From Phoronis australis (lineage: Eukaryota; Animalia; Phoronida), in assembly GCA_002633005.1 (NCBI GenBank), contig NMRA01000093.1, forward strand, positions 975,366 through 1,039,365: 64,000 nucleotides of DNA, given 5' to 3'. Every line of letters begins with the position of its first letter. The first letter of the stretch is position 1. This document shows positions 28,901 through 37,968 of the stretch, one piece after another. Under the pieces are notes generated by a model. That model was given only the letters and a program-made list of their open reading frames with translations, did not search any database and was not told where the DNA came from. Position numbers and translations under genes: made by a program.

Positions 28901-29544
28901 GAATACATCGTTCTTTGTTCGTCGAAACACGTTGTTCACCACAACCAATACGCGCACTCAAATTAAATCTAACTTGTTAAATGCATTTATCGTCATTATT
29001 TTGACATTTGTCACTTTTATTTTGATATCAACCCTTAGGGTTTACTTTGCATTACTCATCTCTATTTATAGCCACAAGGTTCTACCCTCGTAATAATACA
29101 TTTCTCTACGTAACACCTGATTGGTCTAGCTCATTCAGCAACCTACCTCGCCGCTTACAAGACCTACATTCATTTGGTTCTCTGCATTTTTTCCCACTGC
29201 CCAACCCAGGTGTCTGTTCAAATTTTTTCCTTTTCTCATTATACATTACCTGTTAGGTCTTTTCAAGTTTTGTGTTTATAATCTGTACATTTTCTTTAGG
29301 CACTTCAGGCAGTTCTTCTGTTTTGGCTCCATCATTAAGAGCTATTCATTGAAGACGCAGGTGCCATTTTTTCCATACCCATCTTGCAGAATCTTAATTA
29401 TAGTTCTTCTACTTACGTAATAATTAATGACATTATTCGCAATCCTCATCTTGTTTTACTCTGCAACATAGCTCATGGCGTACCTCGGGCAAAATAGATT
29501 ACCATACAGAATATTACAGTCACCTTAATAAATTCCCACATCAT
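1713..29544 (-). CDS. TNF receptor superfamily member with death domain (death receptor), 8-exon model: join(29503-29544, 21798-22134, 17863-18057, 16117-16213, 11193-11227, 10000-10047, 4477-4560, 1713-1930), 351 aa
   Basis: All introns are GT-AG with compatible phases; the total of 1056 nt is divisible by 3. The product has a hydrophobic N-terminus, TNFR cysteine-rich repeats (CKKCPPGHFVKRHC...CPQGQY; CDAGYGVMKLGSENSDTNCTKCANGTFS), a TM helix followed by KRR, and a death-domain-like C-terminus. Exon 1 and the exon 3 donor are the least certain parts. Confidence 0.85.
2352..2514. mobile_element. Short non-autonomous TIR element (CAGTGGCGGAT...ATCCRCCCCTG family)
   Basis: Imperfect TIRs; related copies at 3182-3309, ~24247-24462, ~30354 and ~62164. 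No clean TSD seen. Confidence 0.6.
3182..3309. mobile_element. Second copy of the CAGTGGCGG MITE family
   Basis: Same termini and internal sequence (ggccatggc...ctgccctgccccccaactcaaaatcct) as 2352-2514, with an internal deletion. Confidence 0.6.
4477..4560 (-). CDS. Death receptor exon 7 (death domain N-terminal helices)
   Basis: Acceptor caacttttgcag|GT, donor TTGG|gtaggt, phase 1-1; encodes GNDDFLDCASYLAQHVLGKEHRFLLRDL. Confidence 0.8.
5902..6020 (+). mobile_element. Penelope-like retroelement stub (short inverted end plus tail)
   Basis: Nearly identical, in reverse complement, to 44778-44878; starts with an inverted copy tataaatcggtaaat of its own internal sequence; flanked by direct repeat aaaaaaagag. 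Confidence 0.6.
6106..6364. mobile_element. Kolobok-type MITE (internally deleted)
   Basis: TTAA|AGGCAAAGGCAACC...GGTTGCCTTCGCCT|TTAA; shares its right TTAA with the next element. Confidence 0.8.
6369..7243 (+). mobile_element. Kolobok-type non-autonomous element with ~270-bp TIRs and a THAP N-terminal remnant
   Basis: TTAA TSDs (6365-6368, 7244-7247), AGG termini, long TIRs (6369-~6635 vs ~6980-7243); the ORF at 6639 begins MPHCCCVPGC, as THAP domains do. Confidence 0.8.
7421..9191 (+). mobile_element. Helentron-associated (HINE/DINE-1-like) element with internal tandem array, copy 1
   Basis: Starts aacaagagcaacg...atgcgcccac; internal ~147-bp monomers in ~438-bp trimers; (GGAC)n microsatellite; terminal hairpin and sub-TIR gtgggctcgtaaaaa; no TSD. 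Confidence 0.75.
10000..10047 (-). CDS. Death receptor exon 6 (48-nt linker exon)
   Basis: Strong acceptor tttctgtttttcag|GT and strong donor CTG|gtaagc, phase 1-1; encodes GDAIEPDHNIPELKKT. Confidence 0.75.
11193..11227 (-). CDS. Death receptor exon 5 (35-nt juxtamembrane exon)
   Basis: Acceptor atttcatttcag|G completes the TGG codon and gives W-KRRNHPDGDNS (positive-inside cluster directly after the TM); donor CAG|gtttgt (phase 1). Confidence 0.75.
11570..13820 (+). mobile_element. HINE-like element copy 2 (11570-12820) plus older degraded related sequence (to 13820)
   Basis: Same 5' block and monomers; 3' end cagagatgac...cccacatataaatatatgtgcataagaat at ~12820; a second decayed terminus gtgcataaaaat at ~13820. 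Confidence 0.65.
14280..14500 (-). pseudogene. Decayed THAP-domain fragment (probably transposase-derived)
   Basis: Minus-strand translation SGIKFFTFPTSIKDRKMQS*WIKQNCWVNF*PKT resembles the THAP core F..FP...R..WI....NF.P, with stops. Confidence 0.45.
16117..16213 (-). CDS. Death receptor exon 4 (transmembrane helix)
   Basis: Acceptor catttcag|GT (phase 1); encodes GGGITDQTVLAIAAPICGFIVLALIACGLVYL; donor TG|gtttgt (phase 2). Confidence 0.85.
17863..18057 (-). CDS. Death receptor exon 3 (end of CRD3 and CRD4)
   Basis: Acceptor ttttgtttcacag|GG (phase 1); encodes GSENSDTNCTKCANGTFSS...PCKNWTEC...PGNATHDRTC; donor GAAG|gtatat (nearby in-phase alternatives exist). Confidence 0.9.
19209..21513 (+). 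mobile_element. HINE-like element copy 3 (outer), interrupted by copy 4
   Basis: 5' acaagggcaacg...ctgcccacgaatgcaccgc; resumes at ~20978; ends cagagatgacggcaatatgcacccacttgggcgcataaaaat. Confidence 0.75.
19877..20977 (+). mobile_element. HINE-like element copy 4, nested in an A-tract of copy 3
   Basis: Complete termini aacaagagcaacgcagagcgttgaaat ... atatgtgggcccataaaaat; highly similar to 31011-32080. Confidence 0.8.
21798..22134 (-). CDS. Death receptor exon 2 (CRD1 to part of CRD3)
   Basis: Acceptor ttttctgtttgtag|GCA, donor TTAG|gtaatg; encodes ASCGTYVLETNPEAVCKKCPPGHFVKRHC...CKKHTSCDAGYGVMKL with TNFR cysteine spacing. Confidence 0.93.
24361..24498. repeat. Perfect palindrome with 66-bp arms and a 6-nt G loop
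   Basis: ctgtcagcaatgatgtgttgccc...gatagga-gggggg-tcctatc...gggcaacacatcattgctgacag, read base by base. Confidence 0.95.
25572..27215 (+). mobile_element. HINE-like element copy 5
   Basis: 5' aacaacagcaatgcggagcattgaaatgtgcccac; about three trimers; 3' cagagatgacggcaatatgcgaccactccgggggtgcataaaaat. Confidence 0.75.
27880..28410 (+). repeat. Old dispersed repeat; diverged direct copy at ~56355-56935
   Basis: Shared colinear blocks (cccaaaaagtagt...gtgtgaatgccttaaa; aggcattttcaaattt; cctccgtcgt; cagacttcatac). Confidence 0.65.
28518..28591 (-). mobile_element. tRNA-derived SINE-like head (Pol III A/B boxes)
   Basis: Minus strand TGGCTCAGCGG...GGTTTGAATCC at tRNA-like spacing; no convincing cloverleaf. 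Confidence 0.45.
29503..29544 (-). CDS. Death receptor exon 1 (candidate signal peptide MMWEFIKVTVIFCM)
   Basis: ATG at 29544 followed by a hydrophobic stretch; the phase-0 donor ATG|GTAATC matches the phase-0 acceptor of exon 2. An alternative phase-1 donor (CGAG|GTACGC, 29484) would need an unseen intervening exon. Confidence 0.55.
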
Positions 29545-30594
29545 GAACGTACTATTCTCTGCTGAAAAGCATCATCTGTTGTCTTTGTCAAAGCGTTTTC
29601 AGATAGTGCAAAAAACACTCATCGATTCCACCATGAACGACGTTTAGCTACAGTGTATTTGCCTCTACCTTGTTGTTTGTCACATAGAGGCGGAGCTTGC
29701 GAAAGGTCAATCCACATTATGCATAGAAAACTAAGCAAAATTTAGTCAGAGAAACTCTACAGTTCCCTTTTAATAGGTTCACTCATATTGGATGAAATGT
29801 CACAACTTCGCTGCTCTTCAGCAATGCCATGCCAAATTGTAAATTAAAAACTTATGGCCTGCTACTAAAAGTAACAAAACTATAAATTCTATACATGCTA
29901 TCAAGACTAGGTTGTTTTCTCTATTAGTTTGTACACTCTATTAGTTCGTACAGGAACCTTGAACATGGCGTTTGTCTCCAATAGTTCATGCAGAAGGTGA
30001 CCGAAGGAAAATAGTTCATACACATATCTTGCGTCGGAAAAAATAATTCGTACAAGCTTTTTGGATCTGTAAAATGGAAATTTTCATTCTTATACAAATC
30101 AATAAGCGCCAATTCTATTCAGGTGATCGGAATACGTTATTTGCTTTACTACGCTAGCAAAGAGCTCGAAAAGTCGTTCTTCAGGTCGCCATTTTTGGCG
30201 ACAGAAAATGTAAAAGTAGCGATAAGATTTTCCAGTGTGTCGCCAAAAGGAGGTAAAAATGTCATAACAGCAGATTTTCCCAACAAGGTTCTTTTACCCT
30301 CAGATTGATATTACATGAATAAATTTACAAAAGTGCGGAGTAACAGTACCGTGCAGTGGCGGATCTAGGATATCAAAAGGGGGGCCCAACATTTTGTCTG
30401 CAAACACTTGCGCAAAGCACGATTGTAGATGCGCATAGCACCAGAGGACGGGTCAGGAGTTGGGTTTGCCCCCCTCCCGCCCAGGAAGTTTTTCTGTTTT
30501 TTCCTCTAAAAATCAAGCATTTTCCTTGATATCCGAAGTATTATCCAAGAAAAAAAGGCAAAAACACACGGAGAACATGTCAAACAGGAAAAAT

Positions 30595-30665
30595 TGCGAT
30601 TACCACAGACTCGAACTCACAACCTGGCGGATAGAGCGCGCGTGCTTTGCCACTGCACCACCGCG
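30595..30665 (-). mobile_element. tRNA-derived SINE-like head
   Basis: Minus strand TGGTGCAGTGG (A box)...GTTCGAGTC (B box). Confidence 0.45.
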
Positions 30666-30751
30666 ATTTAACTCCTAATTTGATTCCAAGAGACCTACTT
30701 GTTTATGGTCCACAGCGTTTGCGCGCAAAACCTACTTCTTTTTGTAATGCT

Positions 30752-33278
30752 TATTACAAGCTTTATATTTTGTGCAATCAGTTCGTAACAAATTTTTTGT
30801 ATTTAAAGTAGTCTTCAATTGTCCAAAAGACCAAATCCGTTTTTTGTGTTGGCAATAATGACGCGAGTGCGTTGGAAATCGTCTTAAGTTAAGGTTTGAC
30901 AAAGAGAGAATTATGAGTTTCTGAGTGATTCACTAAAGGCTTCGATTAAAATTCACATCTTACCAGTAGCTTCTGTTTTTTTTACCGCCACTCAGATTCT
31001 ATTTTCTTTAAACAAGAGCAACGCAGAGCGTTGAAATGCGCCCACAATTGCACCGTATACGGTATCCTTCTAGGGTTGTTTATTGGTACCATAAAGTGGC
31101 CAGTAGAGGGCATATGTGTAGTTTGTTGTACTTTGCAAAATGGAAAGGCATGGTAACTGTCTCAATAGGCTAGGGGCAAAATGTGAGTATCTTCATAATA
31201 CAAGCACATCCTATACATCAGTTGCTTAAAGCACCACAAAAACATAAAATTAAAAACAAATTTACCAACATACGAGATTAGCACAGCATTAGAATGCCTG
31301 AAACAAATTTCTACTTGGAACTTTTCCTTCATAGTCACGAAGTAACACAAAGTATACACCTGAAGACCTATGAAAATACAGAGGTCAATGTAAAATACTA
31401 AAATTGCCACTAGAGGCATACCGGTAGTCAGAATCATCCTAAAGTCGTCATCGTCCGTTGTCAACATCACATAAATACACTTACTAAATTTAGTAAAGAT
31501 CCTGCAAACGGTTTGGGCGATACAGCCATGGGCGCAAAAAAAACTGCCACTAGGAGGCGCCACAGTAATCAAAGTCATGGGAAATTCAGCGTCAACCGTC
31601 CTCTTCATAGTAAGAACATACATTCCAATTTTCACAATCATACTTAGAGCGGTTTGGTTGATAGAGGGGTGGACGCACAAAAACAGACTCGAAAACAATA
31701 AAAATGGCCACTAGGTGGCGCAAACTATGTCAAATCCATCTGAAAACGAGAGGATAGCGTCATCTCACTAATAGGTGCCTACATACCAAATTTCATGAAA
31801 ATCCGTTCAGGACTTTTCAAGATACAAAGGTAAGCGTAAAAAAATAAAACTGCCACTAGGGGGCACACCAGTAGTCGGATCCGTCCAAAAGTTCGCACAT
31901 GCCGTCCCATTCATGAGTGAAACACAAGTGCTACATTTCATGAACGTATGTCAAAGGGTTTTGGAGATAGAGCAGCGGACGCCGGACGCCAGATGGACGC
32001 CGCCCGGACGGACGGATGGACGGACGGACAGAGATGACGGCATAATGCGTCCACATATAAATATGTGGGCGCATAAAAATGAAGTAATTTTCTTCACTGC
32101 ACAGTGGAGCAGACAATGGAAACAGAGTCGTAGTGGGCAGCGCCACTGCCGGTCGCACGGCAGAGCCTATACTTAGCAGGTTGCCAAAAAAACAGCAAGA
32201 GCTTAGGGAAATATTGAGTTTATTAATTAACCCCGGTAATTAACAATATACAGCTGAAACAAGATTTAAATGAGTGTAGTTTTAGTGTGTTTGGGGAAGG
32301 GGGGCTCAGATCCAATTTCAAGTGTCCGATTCGGACAACCGGCGCAATCGTAACGGAACTATGGCTAAATATTAGGCAACACGCAGCCCCTCGGCTGGCC
32401 AGTTAGGGACTGCAATACTTCCAATCACTTTCTGTACGAATTTCGTCCCATGTATTTTAAACGGGCGGTAGGCCAAATCCAGTCACCGAAAAGAGCTTTC
32501 ACCTTGTCAAAAATACATTCCACACTTAAAACTATCATTTAAAAAGCGCTTGCTTTCTCCAGTGGTCCTTTTTACTTCTACACATATCTCTGATGAAGCT
32601 TAGTTACAAGAATTAAGGTGACTTTGGCAAAGAATTCCAACTCCACTTTTTTGATCACCGTTAACTTTTTCACCACGCGCACGATAACCACAAAGTAATT
32701 CAACTGAGTCACGTGAGTTAGGTAAAGGCTAGTGCGAGACGTACTGAGCGAAGCACGTGACGCTGGCTCGAGGCACTTGCAAAACGGGAAGGCATCAGGT
32801 GAAAATTTGTAAGATGTGTGTACCTTGGACTTTTCATTTGTCAACATGCGTGATTTCACATAACTTCCTCAAAATGGCACCGGTGGTAGAAAGTGGAGCA
32901 AACCGCGACAGATTTTCAATGATTTGTTCAAATTATATTGACTGCATCGTCTCCCAACTCATGGTATGTGTTAACTATACCTCCATGAGCATAAATGCAC
33001 GTTTCATTTGACTTTACTTCCTGCATTTTGAAATTCATAACTTTTTGTGGGGATGTACTATTGCCCCTGTATGCGTGCGGCATACAGGGCCTAGCCACTA
33101 GGCTCTCCCGTAATATCCCTGGCGACAGGCAGTGGCGCTGCGCACTACAAATGCCTTTTCCGTCGCCTGCTCCACTGTGCAATGAAGAAAATTACTTCAT
33201 TTTTTATAAAGAAAACGGAATCTGAGTGACGATGAATTTTGTTACGTACTGATTGCACAAAATATAAAACGTGTAATA
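30752..33278. mobile_element. Long-TIR non-autonomous DNA element whose left TIR is split by HINE copy 6
   Basis: 30752-30792, 30982-31010 and 32076-32160 are reverse complements of contiguous 33120-33278; internal 32175-32290 has a reverse-complement relative at ~62370-62500. Confidence 0.65.
31011..32080 (+). mobile_element. HINE-like element copy 6
   Basis: 5' sub-TIR atgcgcccac and 3' gtgggcgcat; hairpin ccacatat-aa-atatgtgg; (GGAC)n; inserted in an A/T tract without TSD. Confidence 0.82.
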
Positions 33279-33739
33279 CATGTGGTAAACACATTCACTA
33301 CCACAATAAACTATAGGAACAGTGCATTTATCCACCTTCACTCTCATCAGGCTTCTATTGTAATTGTGCGTCAGCATGTGTGAATAATTGGCTGAATGGA
33401 TGACCAGGCCATAAAATGATAATTAGCCAAGACCAGTTAAATAATGCTGCATGGAATAGTTAATACCTTAATGGAAATTTTGAAAGAGTGGGCATCTTCT
33501 GCTAGTCTTTCGCCGAAAATGTTCTAAAAAACTAGGTTTAGCGACCTCTGATTTTCTGGATTATGCAAACATTAAAATTCAAATTTGCAACGTTTTCATT
33601 TCCACCATCATTATGCTATGGAAAAAATAAAAAATTGGAAACAATCCGTACAAGCAACAAAGCATATGTCGTAGCATCACCTAGCTTGGTGAAAAGCTGT
33701 ATACCGGGCGCTTAGAAAAATTCATTTCACGGGGAGGGG

Positions 33740-35414
33740 ACGCTAATTTGTATCAATTTAGATCGAGTAGTTCTACTCCATAACTACACGTGCGGTTGCG
33801 TTACCTGACACCTGACGGCAGACGGAGGTGTTGAAATTATCCAATTACGTCATCGATTTCACACGCATTCTGTTCAGCAGTTCACAACAGGGGTTACTGG
33901 TGTCAGCTCATCGCTTGGAGTCATTGTTTAACACCAATAAATCATCAAACTTCGATGTAACGCCCTTAAAAATACACCGCGTTCTTACAAAAACGTGTTG
34001 TTTTATTTCGCTCTTACGGAATTATTGGTATTTGGACACACCGTAGCCTACAAAGTTCGGCAGGCCAATAAGGGAGTTTGGGGTGTGTTCGGAGATAATT
34101 TCGAAGTATTTTCCGTGAGATACAGACAGGAGAACCTAGATCTATGTTGTTTAGACTTGTGATTTTCTGAGTTCTAAAAACAAAACGCTTGTTATCCTGG
34201 CCAGTGGCTCGGAGCGCGATCAGGCCCGTCGCGGCCGGCCGGATTGACTCGTTATTCCGGCCAGTGGCTCGGAAACTGAACAGACATCACAAACAAACCA
34301 GCCAAAGTTCAGTGGAAACTAAACTTCCAGTCAAGAAAATACTATACTAGTGACCCAAAGTAATGTGCACGTGATTATGTTGGTGAATTAGCCACGAAAC
34401 TGCAAATCTACTTACTCGTCGGGGACCGCGAATTCAGTTCCGCTTTGGGCCACAGTACCGTCAGGGCAGAAGTTGTATATTGACAATCATTACTGAGTAA
34501 TGTAAATGTAAATAAAGATTCCCCTAACACGTACCTGGTCGTGGGATAGAAATCGAGTTGTTTCACAACAGTTTCTGCCAGCAAACACTAAATTAGCATG
34601 AGCTTAGTCACACGGCCTCAGTGACCCGTCAATTAGTTTTATTGCACCTAAAGCCGGTAACGCAGTGATTTATTCATTGCTGGCTTCCCAAATCATTTGC
34701 ACTCACGAACACTCCAAAGGCATTACAAATTGCATCTAATGAGACACTCTTTGTTTCAGATTTATATAAGTATTGGTTAGGGTGAGAATAATTCATTTTG
34801 AAACAGAACGCTGAGTAATAAACGCCAACATGACAACTCGCAATCCCGACTAAGGACGAGCTATAGAGCTCGACATCAGTCCCGACTTCGCAGGTGGATC
34901 GTTAAGTTTTACAGGCTATCAATTTGAACAGGAATACAGTGATGAACAAATACTAGAGAGGCGCCGTGAACAAGCACAGACAACGGAACGTATGGAGTTA
35001 TTGGGTAAGCCGGCATTTGTCAGGCACTGTCGACGTCTGCAGGCCACAGACACGGAGATGTTTCACGGCCTCATGCTTGCTATTTACGGCGTACATTTCC
35101 TTCTTCACTACCATGAGCCACTTCCTAAGCATTTCGGACTCTCGGGGAAGTAAAAAAAAAACGATATACCCGCTTTCCTCGAAGCTGCTAAAAGTTCGGA
35201 CAAGAGGGAACGATGCACCGCAACATAGCGGCATTCACTCTGCATATGAACCACTGACGTCGCTAGCGTCGTTTCTCACCTTCCTCACCGGCAGGTTAAC
35301 GCGACACCTCTTTCTTGTGTCTAGGCGAGGTAAGGTCGACCATATGCGAGGCGATGTGGATATAGACCGATTAAGATGGCAAAAAAGACTAATTAAATCG
35401 GGTGGCATTATCCT
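33740..35414 (-). mobile_element. Second, inverted copy of the 22542-27512 Kolobok family
   Basis: Ends GGGTGGCATTATCCT|TTAA; colinear reverse-complement similarity; plus-strand GYQFEQEYSDEQ at ~34914 resembles the KolX N-terminal Y.FEP motif. Left boundary uncertain. Confidence 0.65.
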
Positions 35415-35503
35415 TTAAGAGTGCCAGTTTCATCCACTAAGTAACTTGCCCGTTATTTAGTGACTGCCTGGTTCTCTAAATCCAGGACCGCTATATCCGA
35501 CCA

Positions 35504-35557
35504 TAGGCAATGACCATCGCCTCTGTTGGCCCGAACAGAGGCGATGGTCATTGCCTA
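35504..35557. mobile_element. 54-bp hairpin mini-MITE with 9-bp TSD
   Basis: taggcaatgaccatcgcctctgtt-loop-aacagaggcgatggtcattgccta; flanks atccgacca/atcctacca. Confidence 0.8.
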
Positions 35558-36604
35558 ATCCTACCATTGCCCTACAAGTATAGTCCGGATACCTATTGTC
35601 GTCAGGCTCCAAAGGTCGTCCGCCATCTTGTTTCGCGTGCAGCGCAACCACGCGGGACTTATCGTTCCAATTTGGAGTGCTCGTCTGCACGTTAGGTACT
35701 AACCTCTCGGGAGAACACGCATGGAAGAACTGAGACTAAAATTAGTGCATTTACCGACTGTTTTTTTTTGAGACCACTTAAAAACTTGTCGATTTTACTA
35801 ATGCACTTTTTTGTTCATTTTCAGAAGATATTTTCGAAATTAAATTTTCTTTAGACGGAACAAAAAGCAACTCAGGGATTGTCTATGCAATGTATCTATT
35901 TGTCCCAGGCACTAACCGACACCTGTTAGGCCAAAGGAAAAACGCAGCAGACAAATGGAACACGCTGGGTGCTTAACAGTTTCGACCCACGCCTTGGTCA
36001 TCAAAACATTGTCTACTTGTTTTTTTTATTGCAAAACACTGTACTGAGCTCAACATTTATGTTGAAATTTTTGATTAAAGCATTTTGAATTTATTTGAAG
36101 AAAATTAAAATACTTGAATTGATAGAGAATGGCCACCAATAAAGTAAAACATTGACTTTATTTCACTATATTGCATTGTTACATTGGCAACACAGCATGA
36201 CATAATCAAAAATAAAAGAAGAGATTGAGCAATAAAATTCAAATGCGACTTGAAGTGGTTCGCTGCTTGTTCACTTGTCGTCTGCGCACTACAGTCGGTT
36301 GTCAATGGGGAAGAAAATAGTTCTCATTCAATTCCATAAAATGCTAATTAAGTAACCGTTTCTTGGCCCTGTCACACAAAAAGTAAGATATCAAGTTTTA
36401 GGTATCTTCAGACTAAAATTTTCAGTTTTCTTGAGCTTTAACCGACCATTTTTGTCAACTGAATGGGCATTAATATACGGCTTCTCGTGTGTGCAATATT
36501 TTTATGAATCAGGAAGTTGTGCATCAAATTTCACCGTTCGAACGCAAACAGAGATGTTTTTGATTGACAATTTTAATGGTATATATGAAATTAAGATGAC
36601 ATCA

Positions 36605-36682
36605 GCTGCTGAGTGGTGCAGTGGTAAAGTCAAAGACCCGAAATTCTTGCGGCCCGACTTCGAAACCAGCCTCGGTTCCCGC
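36605..36682 (+). mobile_element. tRNA-derived SINE-like head (degenerate)
   Basis: TGGTGCAGTGGTAA A box and degenerate B box CTTCGAAACC. Confidence 0.35.
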
Positions 36683-37968
36683 CAAAATGTTATCTCACTA
36701 GTGAGATAACTAAATGGGTTATTACACGGTTGTATTGATCATTCGAAGCTGATATTGTGGTATAAAATCAATTATTTTACCGACAAAAGAAACAATGTCT
36801 TCGAGAGAGACATCTGCACTGAAAAAATGAACAAATGGAACAAGAACAGCCTTTTATATATAATTGTGAGTTTGAAAGGGAAATCATAAACATACAACAC
36901 ACTTTAGCTTTACTTACCGAAATGCCTTGTGCAAATCCCAGCATCATGAGCAACAGGATGATAGAATGCGGCTTGACTACCTTGAGAATCTATACAAAGG
37001 TAAAAACACATGGTAATAAACAGCATTACAACATGTCTAGAAACTCAAAATTCAAAAACCAACAAAATTAACTTCAACAGAATTTTGTTATTTTAGATGT
37101 ATTGGGCTAACCAGATAGTCCTGGCAAAGCCTTGGTAAATTAAGAAAACGTGAGTTCAATCGCGCAAATGTAGGACCTGTCAATTGATAAGTGAAGCTGC
37201 CTTTTCGGGTCATCTTGCGTCACCGCGAGATTCCATGCAGCACAAACAACAAAAGTCCGATAACACAGTTGTATTGAATAGGGGTATGAATGTACATCTT
37301 TGCGTGCGGGTGTTATTCGCAACTGTTTGCATTAAAAGGTGATTCTCGCGGTGACGACATACAAAAGCAAGCCAATACGCCTAACAGTTTGTTACATTTG
37401 GCTATTCATGGCACTAGTGGACTCAGAGTGATGCTCCTCACATGCTATAGCAACCAAATTTACAGGTGTTACCGTTCAATATTTAGATTTTTATTAAATC
37501 AACAAAAAATCCTTACAGCAAGTGAAAGTGTCATGCAAGATAAAGTTACATTAACCCATATGCGCAGTGCCTGTGTGAAAATGCAAATCTTAACACAACC
37601 AAAATTCAGCATTGACACTAAAATGTTTTTCAACTGGATAACTAGTGGTAAAATAGTAATTTAGCCATTAAATGCCAAGAAGTATTCAGTACGGTAAAAT
37701 CTGCATGCTGTGAATAATACGCTTACACGAAAGTCACGCATTTCTAAAGATATGTGTGACTTTTCACTGCTCATCCTTGTGAGCGGCTTTTACCGAGATC
37801 AAATAGAGCGCGGCGCCAGAGTCAGACTCAGTTGCGATGACCGCACTGTCCGGTGCGAGCAAGACCCAAGTAAGTGTAATGGGGCTATTCGGAAAATCTA
37901 CAATAATTAGAGGGCGCGCGTGTACTAGTAGTGATAGATTAATAGCCTCGATTTCGTGAGCCATTTAA

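Noticed and set aside
31162-31698. 178-aa hydrophobic ORF and similar ORFs at 8905, 11695 and 20022
   Set aside because: Chance reading frames in HINE repeats, not preserved between copies.
32100-33180. Inverted CACAGTG heptamers (RSS/Transib/ProtoRAG-like)
   Set aside because: The heptamers are internal to a longer inverted repeat, with no nonamer at 12/23 spacing, no 5-bp TSD and no RAG-like coding sequence.
28518-36682. Three tRNA-like segments as true tRNA genes
   Set aside because: Only A/B boxes are recognisable; acceptor and anticodon stems do not pair convincingly.
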